Assembly (NCBI GenBank): GCA_964480545.1 | Contig: CAYZQP010000002.1 | Span: 1 to 43,173, forward strand | DNA: 43,173 nt | Direction of reading: 5' to 3' | From: an uncultured Mesorhizobium sp. | Lineage (GTDB): Bacteria > Pseudomonadota > Alphaproteobacteria > Rhizobiales > Rhizobiaceae | Shown here: one piece after another, positions 9,601 through 19,743 of the stretch | How positions within the stretch are numbered: the stretch's first letter is position 1 | Layout of the letters: each line of letters begins with the position of its first letter | The notes under the pieces: model-generated | Seen by the model: the letters and a program-made list of their open reading frames with translations, nothing else | The model's database searches: none | What the model was told of the DNA's origin: nothing | Made by a program: the position numbers and the translations under genes

Positions 9601-10362
9601 ATGAAACGGGATGAGCGCAGGCAGGCCATCATGGACCTCCTGATCGAACATCGAGCGGTCGAGCTGGATGATCTGTCCGAGAAATTCGCGGTGTCGAGGA
9701 TGACTATCCACCGCGATCTCGATGATCTCGAGCAGGCCGGGCTGTTACGAAAGGTGCGCGGCGGCGCAACGAGTGAGCCTGGCACGCAATTTGAAAGCGA
9801 CTTCAGGATCCGCGAACAGCAGGACATCGCTCACAAGACGCGTGTTGCCCGCGAGGCGCTCCAATTGATCGAGCCGGGCATGACCGTCATGATCAACGAC
9901 GGCGTAACCGCCGCGCTGCTTGGGGATATGCTGGAAGAGCGGAGACCCCTCACCGTCATAACCAATAACTGCGCAATCATCGACAGGCTGAGAGGCCTGG
10001 CCGGGATTACGCTCATCAGCCTTGGTGGCATCTACTCCTCCAAGTTCAACTGCTTCTTTGGTGTCGTGACAGAAACCGCGCTGACGAGACTGAGAGCAGA
10101 TATCGCAATGATTTCAGTACCCGCAGTGGATGGCACCAATGTGTTCCATATGGATGAGAACGTGGTGCGCGCCAAACGGGCGATGATGGACGCCGCCCGG
10201 CGGAAATGCCTGCTGGTCAATCACAAGAGGTTCGGTCGAACTGCACTGCATCAGCTTGCAGACATTGCAGAGTTCGATGCGGTAATAACCGATGCTGCAC
10301 CGCCGGCTGCTTCAGCAGAAACTTTTCAGGAACTGGGCGTCAGGATTACGATAGCCAGCTAG
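9601..10362 (+). CDS. DeoR/GlpR family transcriptional regulator
   Basis: ERRQAIMDLL, VSRMTIHRDLDDLE, KVRGGA, TVITN, KRAMM. Confidence 0.92.
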   Translation: MKRDERRQAIMDLLIEHRAVELDDLSEKFAVSRMTIHRDLDDLEQAGLLRKVRGGATSEPGTQFESDFRIREQQDIAHKTRVAREALQLIEPGMTVMINDGVTAALLGDMLEERRPLTVITNNCAIIDRLRGLAGITLISLGGIYSSKFNCFFGVVTETALTRLRADIAMISVPAVDGTNVFHMDENVVRAKRAMMDAARRKCLLVNHKRFGRTALHQLADIAEFDAVITDAAPPAASAETFQELGVRITIAS

Positions 10363-10677
10363 CGAAGTTGCTGCGGGAGAAACAGGCGGACGAAGCGGCT
10401 TCGTCAAAATGCACAATTTTGGCCAAACCTGACGGCCTGTTTTCAAAAACTACCGGTGTCTGGATTGTATTGTCACTGAGGTAGCCGCGAAACGATGTGA
10501 CCCAACCGGTCGCAAAATGATGCGCTGCCTCAACTTCAGCGCGTGCAGCAATCGAGGATGATGACCGCAGCGTCCCTCAACCGACGCGGATCAGGGGTGA
10601 TGCCTCATAATCGACCGAACGCCCGGCGTGAAGTACACGTCGAGCCTCATTAACGGCCTGCCGTCCGGGCAAGAACA

Positions 10678-10696
10678 GCGTGTGACGTTAACACGC
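10678..10696 (-). terminator. Possible intrinsic terminator after wzt
   Basis: GCGTGT-N7-ACACGC hairpin followed on the minus strand by TGTTCTT, about 20 bp after the stop codon. Confidence 0.3.
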
Positions 10697-10716
10697 CATC
10701 TGTAAAATCGTTCAAA

Positions 10717-11433
10717 CTAGGCCAGCTCATCGACAGGAATAAGCGCCTTGACCCGTCCTTTTTCCAGTTCCAGGATCCTGTTGCAGGTCCGCTTGAGCAA
10801 AGAATGATTGTGACTGGCGAGCACAATGATTCCCGCTCGCTCGGCCATCTGGTTCATACGGACCTTTGCCTTCTCCTGAAACGCAGCATCACCTGCTCCT
10901 ATCCATTCATCCATCAAGAGAATCTCCGGCTCAAGACTGGTGGCAACCGCAAATGCAAGGCGCGCAGCCATGCCCTGGCTGTAGGATTTGAGCGGCATGT
11001 CTATGAAATCGCCAAGTTCGCTGAAGGCGATTATGTCGGTCATTCTCTCTGCGATCTGTTCCTCGCTCCATCCGTTTATAAGTCCTCTCAAGACGATGTT
11101 GCGCCGCCCTGTTGCCTCAGGACGGAACCCGAGGCTGATGTTAAAGAGTGCATCAACTCGCCCGTCTACCTGGACGCGACCACCGGTCGGTTCGAAAATG
11201 CCATAGAGCACCTTGAGCAACGTTGTCTTTCCGGAGCCATTGTGGCCGACAATACCTAGCCTGTCCCCGGCACCTAGTGTGAAGCTTACACCATCCAACG
11301 CTTTGACGTGTTGGGTTCTTCCTGCTCCCTCGATGCGCCCGCCTGTTGGGCCGGGTGCCGGCCTTAGACTGAGGCCCAGTTTGCGATGGACCCGATACGT
11401 CAGGCTCACATTCTCTGCGATGATCGACACCAT
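10717..11433 (-). CDS. wzt: Polysaccharide export ABC ATP-binding protein (Wzt/KpsT/TagH family)
   Basis: GHNGSGKT, YSQGMAARLAF, ILLMDEWIGAGD. ATG overlaps the permease stop (TAATG). 238 aa with no C-terminal extension. Confidence 0.9.
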   Translation of the reverse strand: MVSIIAENVSLTYRVHRKLGLSLRPAPGPTGGRIEGAGRTQHVKALDGVSFTLGAGDRLGIVGHNGSGKTTLLKVLYGIFEPTGGRVQVDGRVDALFNISLGFRPEATGRRNIVLRGLINGWSEEQIAERMTDIIAFSELGDFIDMPLKSYSQGMAARLAFAVATSLEPEILLMDEWIGAGDAAFQEKAKVRMNQMAERAGIIVLASHNHSLLKRTCNRILELEKGRVKALIPVDELA

Positions 11434-12227
11434 TACAGAGCAAACACCACTTGGCTGCGACGGTTGCCAAGCGTCATCATCGCGAGAATCCAGCAGCATC
11501 CACCAAGCATCAGGCAAGCGCCAAAATACGTCCAGGGAAAATACCCGTGAAGCAGAGGAATCCTTACAATCTCGATCAGATAAGTGAACGGATTCCAATA
11601 GTAGAATACTTGACGGATGGTACTGGTGTCATCATGAAACCACAACACGGGGGTCAGGAACATACCTACGCGCATGATATTGTTGATAAGGTGCTGGCTA
11701 TCCGGGAAGTACACACCAAGAAACGCCAGGAGGATGATGACTGCCGGGGCGATGGCCACAAGCAGGAGCAAAGAACCCAGCGCCCCGAACCATTGGCTCG
11801 AAAAATTCGTTTCCGTGAAGGCCAGGATAGCCAGGCAGCCCAGCAGCGCGTAAGAGCAACGGATAAGCGTCTGCATCATCAGCCGGAATACATATACCGA
11901 AAGAGGTAGCGTCGTACCCTGAATGAAGCTCCGCTCTCTAATGAAGAGCGTTACGCTCCTCGTAACTACCTCGGACAGGAAAAGCCAGACAAACAGGCCT
12001 ACTGCGACATAGGCCGGGTATTGAGGATGCTCGCTTTCCAATCGATGGAAGACGAAGATGAAGGTTCCAGCAAAGAGAAGATAGTTGATCAGGAGCCAGA
12101 TCGGCCCGAGGGTTGTCAGGCGATGTTGATCGCCGATGTCCTCGGTGGCGAGCGCTACCCAAACACGCCGCCTCCGAAAACCGTTGCGGACATCCGCAAC
12201 TCCACCCCGCAGGCCTGCAAGTTTCAT
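11433..12227 (-). CDS. wzm: Polysaccharide export ABC-2 permease (Wzm family)
   Basis: TLGPIWLLI, FLTPVLW, NPFTYLIEIVRIPL; several TM segments. Confidence 0.88.
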   Translation of the reverse strand: MKLAGLRGGVADVRNGFRRRRVWVALATEDIGDQHRLTTLGPIWLLINYLLFAGTFIFVFHRLESEHPQYPAYVAVGLFVWLFLSEVVTRSVTLFIRERSFIQGTTLPLSVYVFRLMMQTLIRCSYALLGCLAILAFTETNFSSQWFGALGSLLLLVAIAPAVIILLAFLGVYFPDSQHLINNIMRVGMFLTPVLWFHDDTSTIRQVFYYWNPFTYLIEIVRIPLLHGYFPWTYFGACLMLGGCCWILAMMTLGNRRSQVVFAL

Positions 12228-12637
12228 TCGAGAACAATTCCGTCTATCGTGTAACCGCATACCGACTAGTCAGCGACAACTCAATGAAAAACCGCGATGA
12301 TCCGTTCTGCCCCTCACCAGGTGGACCGGAGCACCGGCCTGCTGCCGGATTGTCGGACACCTGAGGTTCTCGCGGAAATTGGACCCGGCTGGAGCGGTTC
12401 CGGGCCTGGAGGATGGCATGCTCCATGCCCAAGGCGTGGCCGTCCGCTGATCATCGGGCGGCACCGGACGAGTCGTGCGCGACCCTGCTGTGACAGGAGG
12501 AAGCAGCACCGACCGCAGACCTGCTTGCGCAGCCTCACCCCAAACGAGTTTGCAACACGGTCCAGAGGGCTGATCGAGGGCAAACTCACGGTTGCCCCTC
12601 GAGTTTGCCTGTTGCTATCTTTTCTGTGCCAGCCTAA

Positions 12638-15600
12638 ATGCCGGTCGATAACTTGGTTAACTACATGGACATGAAGCTTCTTCAATCTGCCTTGCTCGAT
12701 TTTGTCGGCGAAGAAGAAGGCAGACGGCACACGATAGCATTTGTTGGGGTCGAGGATACGCCTCAACCAGAGATTGCTGGACAGTTGCTCGACGAGATCA
12801 AGGCAAGCCTGCCTTTGTCCGTCACATGCAAGAGCATAGCACTTGACTATGATCCGGAGCCGGGAACCCTCTATGTGTCGTTCTCCGCAGAAGTTAATGC
12901 AGATGTGTTGCTGGTATTAGAGCCCGGCGACCGCGACATGCTGTCCGTGGTAGACGATGCAGAACAGCCATTTGTCAGCCGATTCCGGAAAGTGCTGCTG
13001 CCCGGCGCATGGAATATGCGTAGGCTGCTGCAGGAGGCCCAGTTACTCCTGACTTCGCGAAACCTCGAGGTCACAGGGGCACCGCTTATCGATCTTGTGA
13101 AACGACTACAGGATGAACGAGATTTGCGTGCCCCGGGTGCGCGCAGGCAGGTGCTCTATGCTCCTCTGGAAGAGGAATGGACAGGCCAGAATGGCGCAAT
13201 TCTAGGCGGCAATCTGGACATGGAGCCCCATTTCGAATCTATCCGCGAGGTTTGTGATCTCGCAGTAGTGTCCGACGGGTCATTCATCCCGCAACTTTTG
13301 GACGCTGATATCGTGATCACCGACTACTCGCCGGTGATGTACGCGGCCTGGTGTCTTGGAAAGCCGGTAATTTTTCCCCGATGGCTCTTGGGGGACGCAG
13401 TCATTCAAAGTGCGCCCCGATCCGCCGAGGCGGCAATTTATCGCGATTTGATAGGGCACCACGCCTTCAGTCTTGATGAATTGAAGACGATGATAGCCGA
13501 CGGTAACGCCTCTGATCCCGGTAACGGGGTAGATAGCCTTTGTGCGGATGTTGTTTCCGGACAGGGCGGCAGTTCGGCGCGCATCGCAGCGGTCCTCGAA
13601 GAGATGCTGAACCCGGAGGTGCTGACAGCAGAGGACAATCTCCGCGCCGAGGCCGAGGAGGCTTTGGCAGATCGCCAATGGGCGCAGGCCGAAGAACTCT
13701 TCAAGCAACTCACTGTCAGCAACCCTGCCGAGGTCAGGTTGTTTGACAAACTTGCTCACGCTTTGCGTGGCCAGAACAAGTGGTGGCAGGAAGTAGCTAC
13801 GCTTCACTCCGCCCTGGCGCTGGATCCAGACAGTTCGGACTTGCACTACAGACTGGGCGAGGCCCAGCAGCGAATGGGCCACAACGTCGCCGCTGCCAAA
13901 GCCTATAGCACCGCACTGAGTCTGAACCCGCAAAGCGCGACTTCAAGGCGGCTGCATCAGCTTGGACTTGCATATGATATTGAGGGTGTCGATGGACCCC
14001 GATCGCCGGCGGCAGCGGCATCGGCGTATGCGCAGGCATGTGCTCTCGATACCAAGGACAAGTCGCAGCGTTTCGGCATCGGCGCGCTGCACGCGGCGCG
14101 CGGTCTGTGGGCGGAGGCGAGGGATGCGTACCTGACCCATATCCCCGTCTCGCCACTCGATGGGGAACTTCGTTACAGGGCCGGCATGGCGTATGACCGG
14201 TGCTATCAATGGAGCGAAGCCGAAGCTTGCTATCGCGCGGCCATTGCGCTTGATCGAAACTGGCCGTCCTGGCACTTTCGTCTTGGGTTCGTCCTTGAGC
14301 GTCAGGCGCGGTACGAGGAGGCCGCCGACGCGTACGGCTACGCGGCTTCGAAAAGCAAGACGCCAAAGCCGGAATGGTACTATCGCACCGGCTACTGCCT
14401 GGAAAAGGCCGGCCGCCTCGTCGATGCGTGCGCTGCCTTCGCGAAGATGAACCTTGTTGACGAAGGAGACAACTCCAGGTCCGCTGGCCCCTACCTTGAT
14501 GGCTTCGACTCCGTATTCCGCAAATTGCAGGAAGACATTTTTCAGCATCTGAGCGAGAGGCCGGTCGAGCCGCAGCTATGGCTGGAGTTCAGCAAGGTCC
14601 TGGAGCGTAATTCCGACTACCGGAAGGCGGCGGACGTTATGTTCCAATGCATCATGGCCACCCGGAACCATGATGCCGAGATGTACAACCGTCAGATGAA
14701 GCTTGAGCTTCTGACGAGGGAACTCGACCTGATCCGGGCGCGGCTGGATCTGGATCCGACCGATCCTTTGACGTGGACCGCGCTGGCGGAAACGCTGGTT
14801 CGTGCTGGTCGCCAGGAAGAAGCCGCAGGCGCATTGAAGCAGGCGCTGATGCGCAGCGACGATCATCAGCCGGAATGGCACTTCAGGCGGGCAAGGTTGC
14901 TTGAGCGTACAGGGAAGTATTCGGAAGCCTGTGCGGAGTTCCGCGATGTGTATCCGCTGCAACAGCCACACGGTACGAACGAAAAGAAGTTTGCGGAGTC
15001 AGCGAATTTCCGCGCTACCGCCACCTATCGGGAATTCTATGATGTGCTTCCGATAACCCCAAGGACCGTTCTCTACGAGAGCTTCGGGGGGGTCTCGATC
15101 GCATGCAACCCGCTCGCGGTGTTCCGCCAGATCGTGGATGATCCACGTTTCGCGGGATGGCAGCATATCTGGGTCGTTGACGACATGGACGTCGTTCCGC
15201 AGGATATCAGGGTTCGCCAGAACGTCACCTTCGTCCGCAAGAACTCCTATCTCTACATGCGCCACCTCGCGTCTGTGGAGTACCTGATATCCAACAGCAC
15301 GTTCCCGAGCTATTTCGTCAGGAAGGATGGGCAGCATTACCTCAATACCTGGCACGGAACGCCGCTGAAGACGCTGGGCTACGACATCAAGGGAGATCCG
15401 AACCAGCGTGGGAACACGGCGAGGAACTTCCTGCAGGCTTCGCTGATCATTTCGCCCAACGCCCATACCGAGCACGTGCTTCTCGACAGGTACGGCGTCC
15501 GCGACATTTTCACCGGCCGCTCGCTCCTGACCGGATATCCCCGCATCGACCTGCTTCTCAACGCCAGCGAAGCGCGCAAGCAGCAGATTATGCAAAGTCT

Positions 15601-17341
15601 CGGCCTGGATCCTGCCAAGCCTGTTGTGCTGTTCGCGCCTACCTTCCGCGGGCTTATGGACAACCCGGACGTAGAAGTGGACAAGCTGGTTGCTGATATC
15701 GAGGCGTTGGACAGCGACCGCTACAACCTGGTTTTCCGGGGACACTATTTTGCCGAGAAGAAGCTACTGGGTCTGAACCTGCCGGTCTCGGTCGCACCGC
15801 ACGGCATCGACAGTTGCGAGCTTCTTTCGGTCGTGGACGTCCTCGTTTCGGACATATCCTCGATCTTTTACGACTTCCTCGTGACCGGTCGCCCGGTTGT
15901 GCACTATCTCCATGACTGGGACGACTACGTTGAACAGCGCGGCGTCTATTTCTCGAAGGAGGAACTACCTGGCCTGGTGTGCGAGGATATGACCTCTCTG
16001 AAGATGGCGGTAGAGGCATCGGTGACAGCACCGAACGATCAGATATCAGAGCGCTACCGAGCATGTCGCGAAAAATTCTGTGCGTTGGAGGACGGCAAAT
16101 CCTCTCAGCGCGTTGTCGATGCGTTCTTCTTCGCCGGGGCGGACGAGATGAAGAATGATCCGACCGGTCAAATCCTCATGCTTGGACCAAGCTTCGCTCT
16201 CAATGGCATCACCGCGGCCTCGCGCGCCCTGATCCAGGAAACAAGCAAGGCCGGGTTCCGCAATACGGTTCTTGTGGATGGCAACGCCGCCAGGGTCGAA
16301 GGACGTACAGAGCGCATCAAGGAGTTTGAACGCTGGTCCAACGTGATGGTCCGGGTCGGCGCGACGTGCTGGTCCTGTGAGGAGGCCTGGATCGATGAGA
16401 AATTCAGGTCACAAAACAAGATCATCAACTCCACTATGGAAGCTGCGGTGGATCGCGGCGTCCGGCACGAGGTCCGGCGACTGTTGGGGCTGGCCGCTTT
16501 CGATGTGGCGATGGACTTCGACGGATATAGGCCTTTCTGGGCCAGGCTGATCGCGCAGAGCAACGCAAAGCGCCACGCCATCTATCTGCACAACCAGATG
16601 AGATCGGAGCGAGAGACCAAGTTCGCTCATCTGGATCAGGTGTTCGCGGTCTACAAGGGCATGGACGCGATCGTAAGCGTGTCGGAAGGCACAAACGAAC
16701 TGAACAAGGAGCTGACGCGCGAGCTCGGTCTCGGCCCTGAGCGTTCGTTTGCTGTAACGAACTGCATCGACCGGCCCGGCATCATCGAGCGCTCGAGGCT
16801 TGAGCTGGATGACCCCGATTTCGAGGAATACAGGAGCGACCACCGTTTCCGCATCCTCAATCTTGCTCGCATCTCGCCCGAGAAGAATCAGAAGCGGCTG
16901 GTTGATGCTGTTCGCATTCTGGTCAAGGAAGGTCTCGACGTTGCAGCCTATGTGGTCGGAGACGGTCCTGATGCTGCTGCGTTGCAGCGGTATGCCAATC
17001 AGGCCGGGATGCAAGATCATGTCAGGCTGCTCGGGCCGAAGGAGAATCCCTATCCTTTCATTGCCCATGCCGATTGCTCTGTGCTGAGTTCGGACCATGA
17101 GGGCCAGTCCGTATCAATGATCGAGGCGATGATCCTTGGAATCCCCTGCGTATCGACGGCACTGCCTGGTCAGGTAAGCCTTCTGGCGAACGGCCGCGGG
17201 TTGATCACGGACCTTACTCCGGAAGGTGTCGCAGATGGGATTGCGACAATTGTTCGAAAGAAGTTTAAGCCAAAGCCCTTCGACCATGAGGAGCACAACT
17301 CCCGCGCGTTTGCCGAGTTTCGAAATGCGATGATGTTGTAG
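12638..17341 (+). CDS. Multidomain polymerase: degenerate TagF-like half-domain, TPR repeats, CDP-glycerol glycerophosphotransferase (TagF-like), GT4 glycosyltransferase
   Basis: N-term VLYAPL/ITDYSP/GKPVIF. TPRs (WHFRLGFVLERQARYEEAADAY). TagF motifs VLYESF, YLNTWHGTPLKTLG, TGYPRID, LFAPTFR, FRGH, LVSDISSIFYDF. GT4 motifs ARISPEKN, SDHEGQSVSMIEAM. True start may be 12665 or 12671. Confidence 0.88.
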   Translation: MPVDNLVNYMDMKLLQSALLDFVGEEEGRRHTIAFVGVEDTPQPEIAGQLLDEIKASLPLSVTCKSIALDYDPEPGTLYVSFSAEVNADVLLVLEPGDRDMLSVVDDAEQPFVSRFRKVLLPGAWNMRRLLQEAQLLLTSRNLEVTGAPLIDLVKRLQDERDLRAPGARRQVLYAPLEEEWTGQNGAILGGNLDMEPHFESIREVCDLAVVSDGSFIPQLLDADIVITDYSPVMYAAWCLGKPVIFPRWLLGDAVIQSAPRSAEAAIYRDLIGHHAFSLDELKTMIADGNASDPGNGVDSLCADVVSGQGGSSARIAAVLEEMLNPEVLTAEDNLRAEAEEALADRQWAQAEELFKQLTVSNPAEVRLFDKLAHALRGQNKWWQEVATLHSALALDPDSSDLHYRLGEAQQRMGHNVAAAKAYSTALSLNPQSATSRRLHQLGLAYDIEGVDGPRSPAAAASAYAQACALDTKDKSQRFGIGALHAARGLWAEARDAYLTHIPVSPLDGELRYRAGMAYDRCYQWSEAEACYRAAIALDRNWPSWHFRLGFVLERQARYEEAADAYGYAASKSKTPKPEWYYRTGYCLEKAGRLVDACAAFAKMNLVDEGDNSRSAGPYLDGFDSVFRKLQEDIFQHLSERPVEPQLWLEFSKVLERNSDYRKAADVMFQCIMATRNHDAEMYNRQMKLELLTRELDLIRARLDLDPTDPLTWTALAETLVRAGRQEEAAGALKQALMRSDDHQPEWHFRRARLLERTGKYSEACAEFRDVYPLQQPHGTNEKKFAESANFRATATYREFYDVLPITPRTVLYESFGGVSIACNPLAVFRQIVDDPRFAGWQHIWVVDDMDVVPQDIRVRQNVTFVRKNSYLYMRHLASVEYLISNSTFPSYFVRKDGQHYLNTWHGTPLKTLGYDIKGDPNQRGNTARNFLQASLIISPNAHTEHVLLDRYGVRDIFTGRSLLTGYPRIDLLLNASEARKQQIMQSLGLDPAKPVVLFAPTFRGLMDNPDVEVDKLVADIEALDSDRYNLVFRGHYFAEKKLLGLNLPVSVAPHGIDSCELLSVVDVLVSDISSIFYDFLVTGRPVVHYLHDWDDYVEQRGVYFSKEELPGLVCEDMTSLKMAVEASVTAPNDQISERYRACREKFCALEDGKSSQRVVDAFFFAGADEMKNDPTGQILMLGPSFALNGITAASRALIQETSKAGFRNTVLVDGNAARVEGRTERIKEFERWSNVMVRVGATCWSCEEAWIDEKFRSQNKIINSTMEAAVDRGVRHEVRRLLGLAAFDVAMDFDGYRPFWARLIAQSNAKRHAIYLHNQMRSERETKFAHLDQVFAVYKGMDAIVSVSEGTNELNKELTRELGLGPERSFAVTNCIDRPGIIERSRLELDDPDFEEYRSDHRFRILNLARISPEKNQKRLVDAVRILVKEGLDVAAYVVGDGPDAAALQRYANQAGMQDHVRLLGPKENPYPFIAHADCSVLSSDHEGQSVSMIEAMILGIPCVSTALPGQVSLLANGRGLITDLTPEGVADGIATIVRKKFKPKPFDHEEHNSRAFAEFRNAMML

Positions 17342-17416
17342 TCTCTCTACCTTGTGTAGGGCCAACCGGCCCATTTGGGCTCGAAAGCCTGTACCACCTA
17401 TTGAAAGGCATAACCT

Positions 17417-18769
17417 ATGCACCAGTCCGCATTCCAGCATATGCAACGTTGCGTTGCGCGATATATGCCGAAGAACGAGAGGCAAATAGTCGTCGATGTT
17501 GGATCCCGAGTTGTGGGCCAGCAGGTGATGCAACATCGGAACCTGCTCAAAGAGCATCTGGTCGACTATATCGGCATTGACGTTGCACCAGGAGAGAACG
17601 TCGATTTGGTGATGGAGAATCCATACTCGTTCCCGGTGGATGATGATATCGCAGATGTAGTGTTGTCTGGCCAGGTGTTCGAGCACGTGCCCTTCTTCTG
17701 GGTCACATTTCTCGAGATGGCCCGCATTCTGAAGCCGGGTGGCTACATTTTCCTGACCGCCCCCTCCAGAGGGCACCTTCATCACCCACCGTATGATTGC
17801 TGGCGCTTCTATTCCGACGGGTACCGCGCGCTTGCGGCTTTTGCCAATCTGCATCTCGTCGAGGCGCACACCGACTATCCCGGCAAACTGCCAAATGGCA
17901 GATTCGACTACGCAGGCGTGCCGGCGAACATCTATTGGGGAGATACAGTTGGCGTCTTCCAGAAGACTGCCGCCTATGACAAAAAGGTCATGGCAACGAT
18001 GCGTGATCCACTGGTTGCCTGGGCCAACGTCGCGGGAGCACTAGGTACACCTCTGCCACAGCCAGCCGGGCCGCAAAAAGCAACAGTCCAGCACGGGGCC
18101 TTTGACGTTAGTTTCGGGTATCGTCCCAACATAATTACCCCGAAAGTCAAAGCTTCAATCGAAGCGGGGCGATACGAGGCGCGTGAGGCTAAGGCTGCCT
18201 TGAAGTATCTCGGCACAGGCGAGCGCGTTCTCGAACTCGGCGCAGGCCTCGGCTTCATTTCGACGATTGTCAAGCGCGAAAAAGCCCCGGCGAATTACAT
18301 TGCCGTCGAAGGCGACCCGAGATTGATCCCCGCAATTCTGGAAAATCTTAAACTGAACAACGTTTCAGGAGTCGATCTGCGAAACTGTATCGCGACGTCG
18401 AACCCTGTCGATCTGGAGAAGGGTTACACCGAATTCCGCGTTTCAAAGGATTTTTGGGGATCGAGCGCGACGCGCAAAGACATTTCCGATGAAAATGCTG
18501 TCAAGGTTAACGTTGTCTCGTTCGGATCGATCATTGCCGAGAGCAAGCCAACAGCAATTATTGCCGATATAGAAGGAGGAGAAGCACATCTATTCGATGG
18601 CGTGGATATGCCCTCCGTCAATACGGTTATTATCGAAATGCACCCAGTATTTATCGGAGAGGAAGAGGTCAATCGTGTCTTCGAGGAACTGAATCGGTGC
18701 GGATTGACCCAGAAAGAATATGGCAACGACGGAAAGATTGGCGTTGCTGTGTTTACTCGCGAAGCATGA
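17417..18769 (+). CDS. Two-domain SAM methyltransferase (class I/type 11 plus FkbM-like)
   Basis: VVDVGS, GQVFEHV, RILKPGG, YDCWRF in the N-half; VLELGAGLG, AVEGDP, DIEGGE, IIEMH in the C-half. Confidence 0.82.
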   Translation: MHQSAFQHMQRCVARYMPKNERQIVVDVGSRVVGQQVMQHRNLLKEHLVDYIGIDVAPGENVDLVMENPYSFPVDDDIADVVLSGQVFEHVPFFWVTFLEMARILKPGGYIFLTAPSRGHLHHPPYDCWRFYSDGYRALAAFANLHLVEAHTDYPGKLPNGRFDYAGVPANIYWGDTVGVFQKTAAYDKKVMATMRDPLVAWANVAGALGTPLPQPAGPQKATVQHGAFDVSFGYRPNIITPKVKASIEAGRYEAREAKAALKYLGTGERVLELGAGLGFISTIVKREKAPANYIAVEGDPRLIPAILENLKLNNVSGVDLRNCIATSNPVDLEKGYTEFRVSKDFWGSSATRKDISDENAVKVNVVSFGSIIAESKPTAIIADIEGGEAHLFDGVDMPSVNTVIIEMHPVFIGEEEVNRVFEELNRCGLTQKEYGNDGKIGVAVFTREA

Positions 18770-18831
18770 GGTCTATTATTGCCTGCTCAGATTTGTTATC
18801 GGCGTAAGTATATCTTATTCCTGTTCCTGAA

Positions 18832-19100
18832 ATGAGCATGGCAAGTACCGCATGCAGAGTTACTGGTAGAACGTTTGATCTCCTTCACGTCGGACGCGTC
18901 CGTCTGCTTGGCAGGCTGCGCCAGCACGGAGATCGGCTCGTTGTCGGGCGTTCTACAGATCAGTTTAACAGGATCAAGGGCGAGCATGTAACCATGCCCT
19001 GTACGCAACGCCGGGGAATACTTCCGGCCTGCCGATTTGTGGACGATGTCTTTCCGAGAACAACTGGCAGCAAAAAGCGGGAAGATATCATCCGCTTACT
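18832..19100 (+). pseudogene. tagD: Glycerol-3-phosphate cytidylyltransferase remnant
   Basis: TFDLLHVGR (HxGH broken), LVVGRSTDQFNRIKG, RFVDDVFP. ENNWQQK appears only in a shifted frame, then EDIIR. The MGDDW and RTxGIST motifs are absent. Confidence 0.8.
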
Positions 19101-19246
19101 GTGGAGCAGACAAGCAAGATACTCGATGGAGCTTCGGCTCCGTCGAACCGGCATCAACTTGCATTACGTTTTAGGTATGGTACCTGCCAGTACAGGGACC
19201 AAAGATCTCGGAGGAGGCGCACTTCTCCGGGCAAAAAGGGCAACTG

Positions 19247-19717
19247 ATGGCATTGATTATTGAAGGCGAAGGCCGCTTTGCGGCACCGGTTTCAGAGGTT
19301 TGGGCGGGTTTGCACGATCCGGCGACTCTCCAGAAGTGCATTCCTGGATGTCGAAAAATTGAAGCGAAGTCAGCCAATGAACTGCACTGCACCGTTGTGC
19401 TTTCTATCGGGCCCATTAATGCCAGCCTGCAGGGGAAAATAACCTTCAAGGATATCAGCCCCCCAAATTCCTGCATAGTTGAAGGCGAACGGACTGGACG
19501 ATTTGGCGGATCTGTAAAGGGTGACGTGCTTGTGGAACTGACCCCTTTGGGGGACCGGGCAACACTCGTGAAGTACAAGCTCAACGCGGAGGTCGGCGGC
19601 AGGGTTGCCCAACTTGGTGGTCGATTGATCTCAGCTACTACCAGGAAGCTTGCCGCCGAGTTCTTTTCCGCTTTTGATCGGCGCATTGCGGCTCAATCGC
19701 GATCAGGCGTCCGATAG
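19247..19717 (+). CDS. coxG: CoxG / SRPBCC family protein
   Basis: VWAGLHDPATLQKCIPGC, VGGRVAQLGGRLI, KLAAEFF. Confidence 0.85.
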   Translation: MALIIEGEGRFAAPVSEVWAGLHDPATLQKCIPGCRKIEAKSANELHCTVVLSIGPINASLQGKITFKDISPPNSCIVEGERTGRFGGSVKGDVLVELTPLGDRATLVKYKLNAEVGGRVAQLGGRLISATTRKLAAEFFSAFDRRIAAQSRSGVR

Positions 19718-19743
19718 GCTTCTCGGGCGGCGACGAGATTCGG

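Noticed and set aside
10363..10716. att site, tRNA or integrase at the left edge of the island
   Set aside because: No tRNA, integrase, or direct repeat matching the right edge could be seen by eye.
12261..12637. Short ORFs between wzm and the polymerase
   Set aside because: No motifs or RBS; probably a divergent promoter region.
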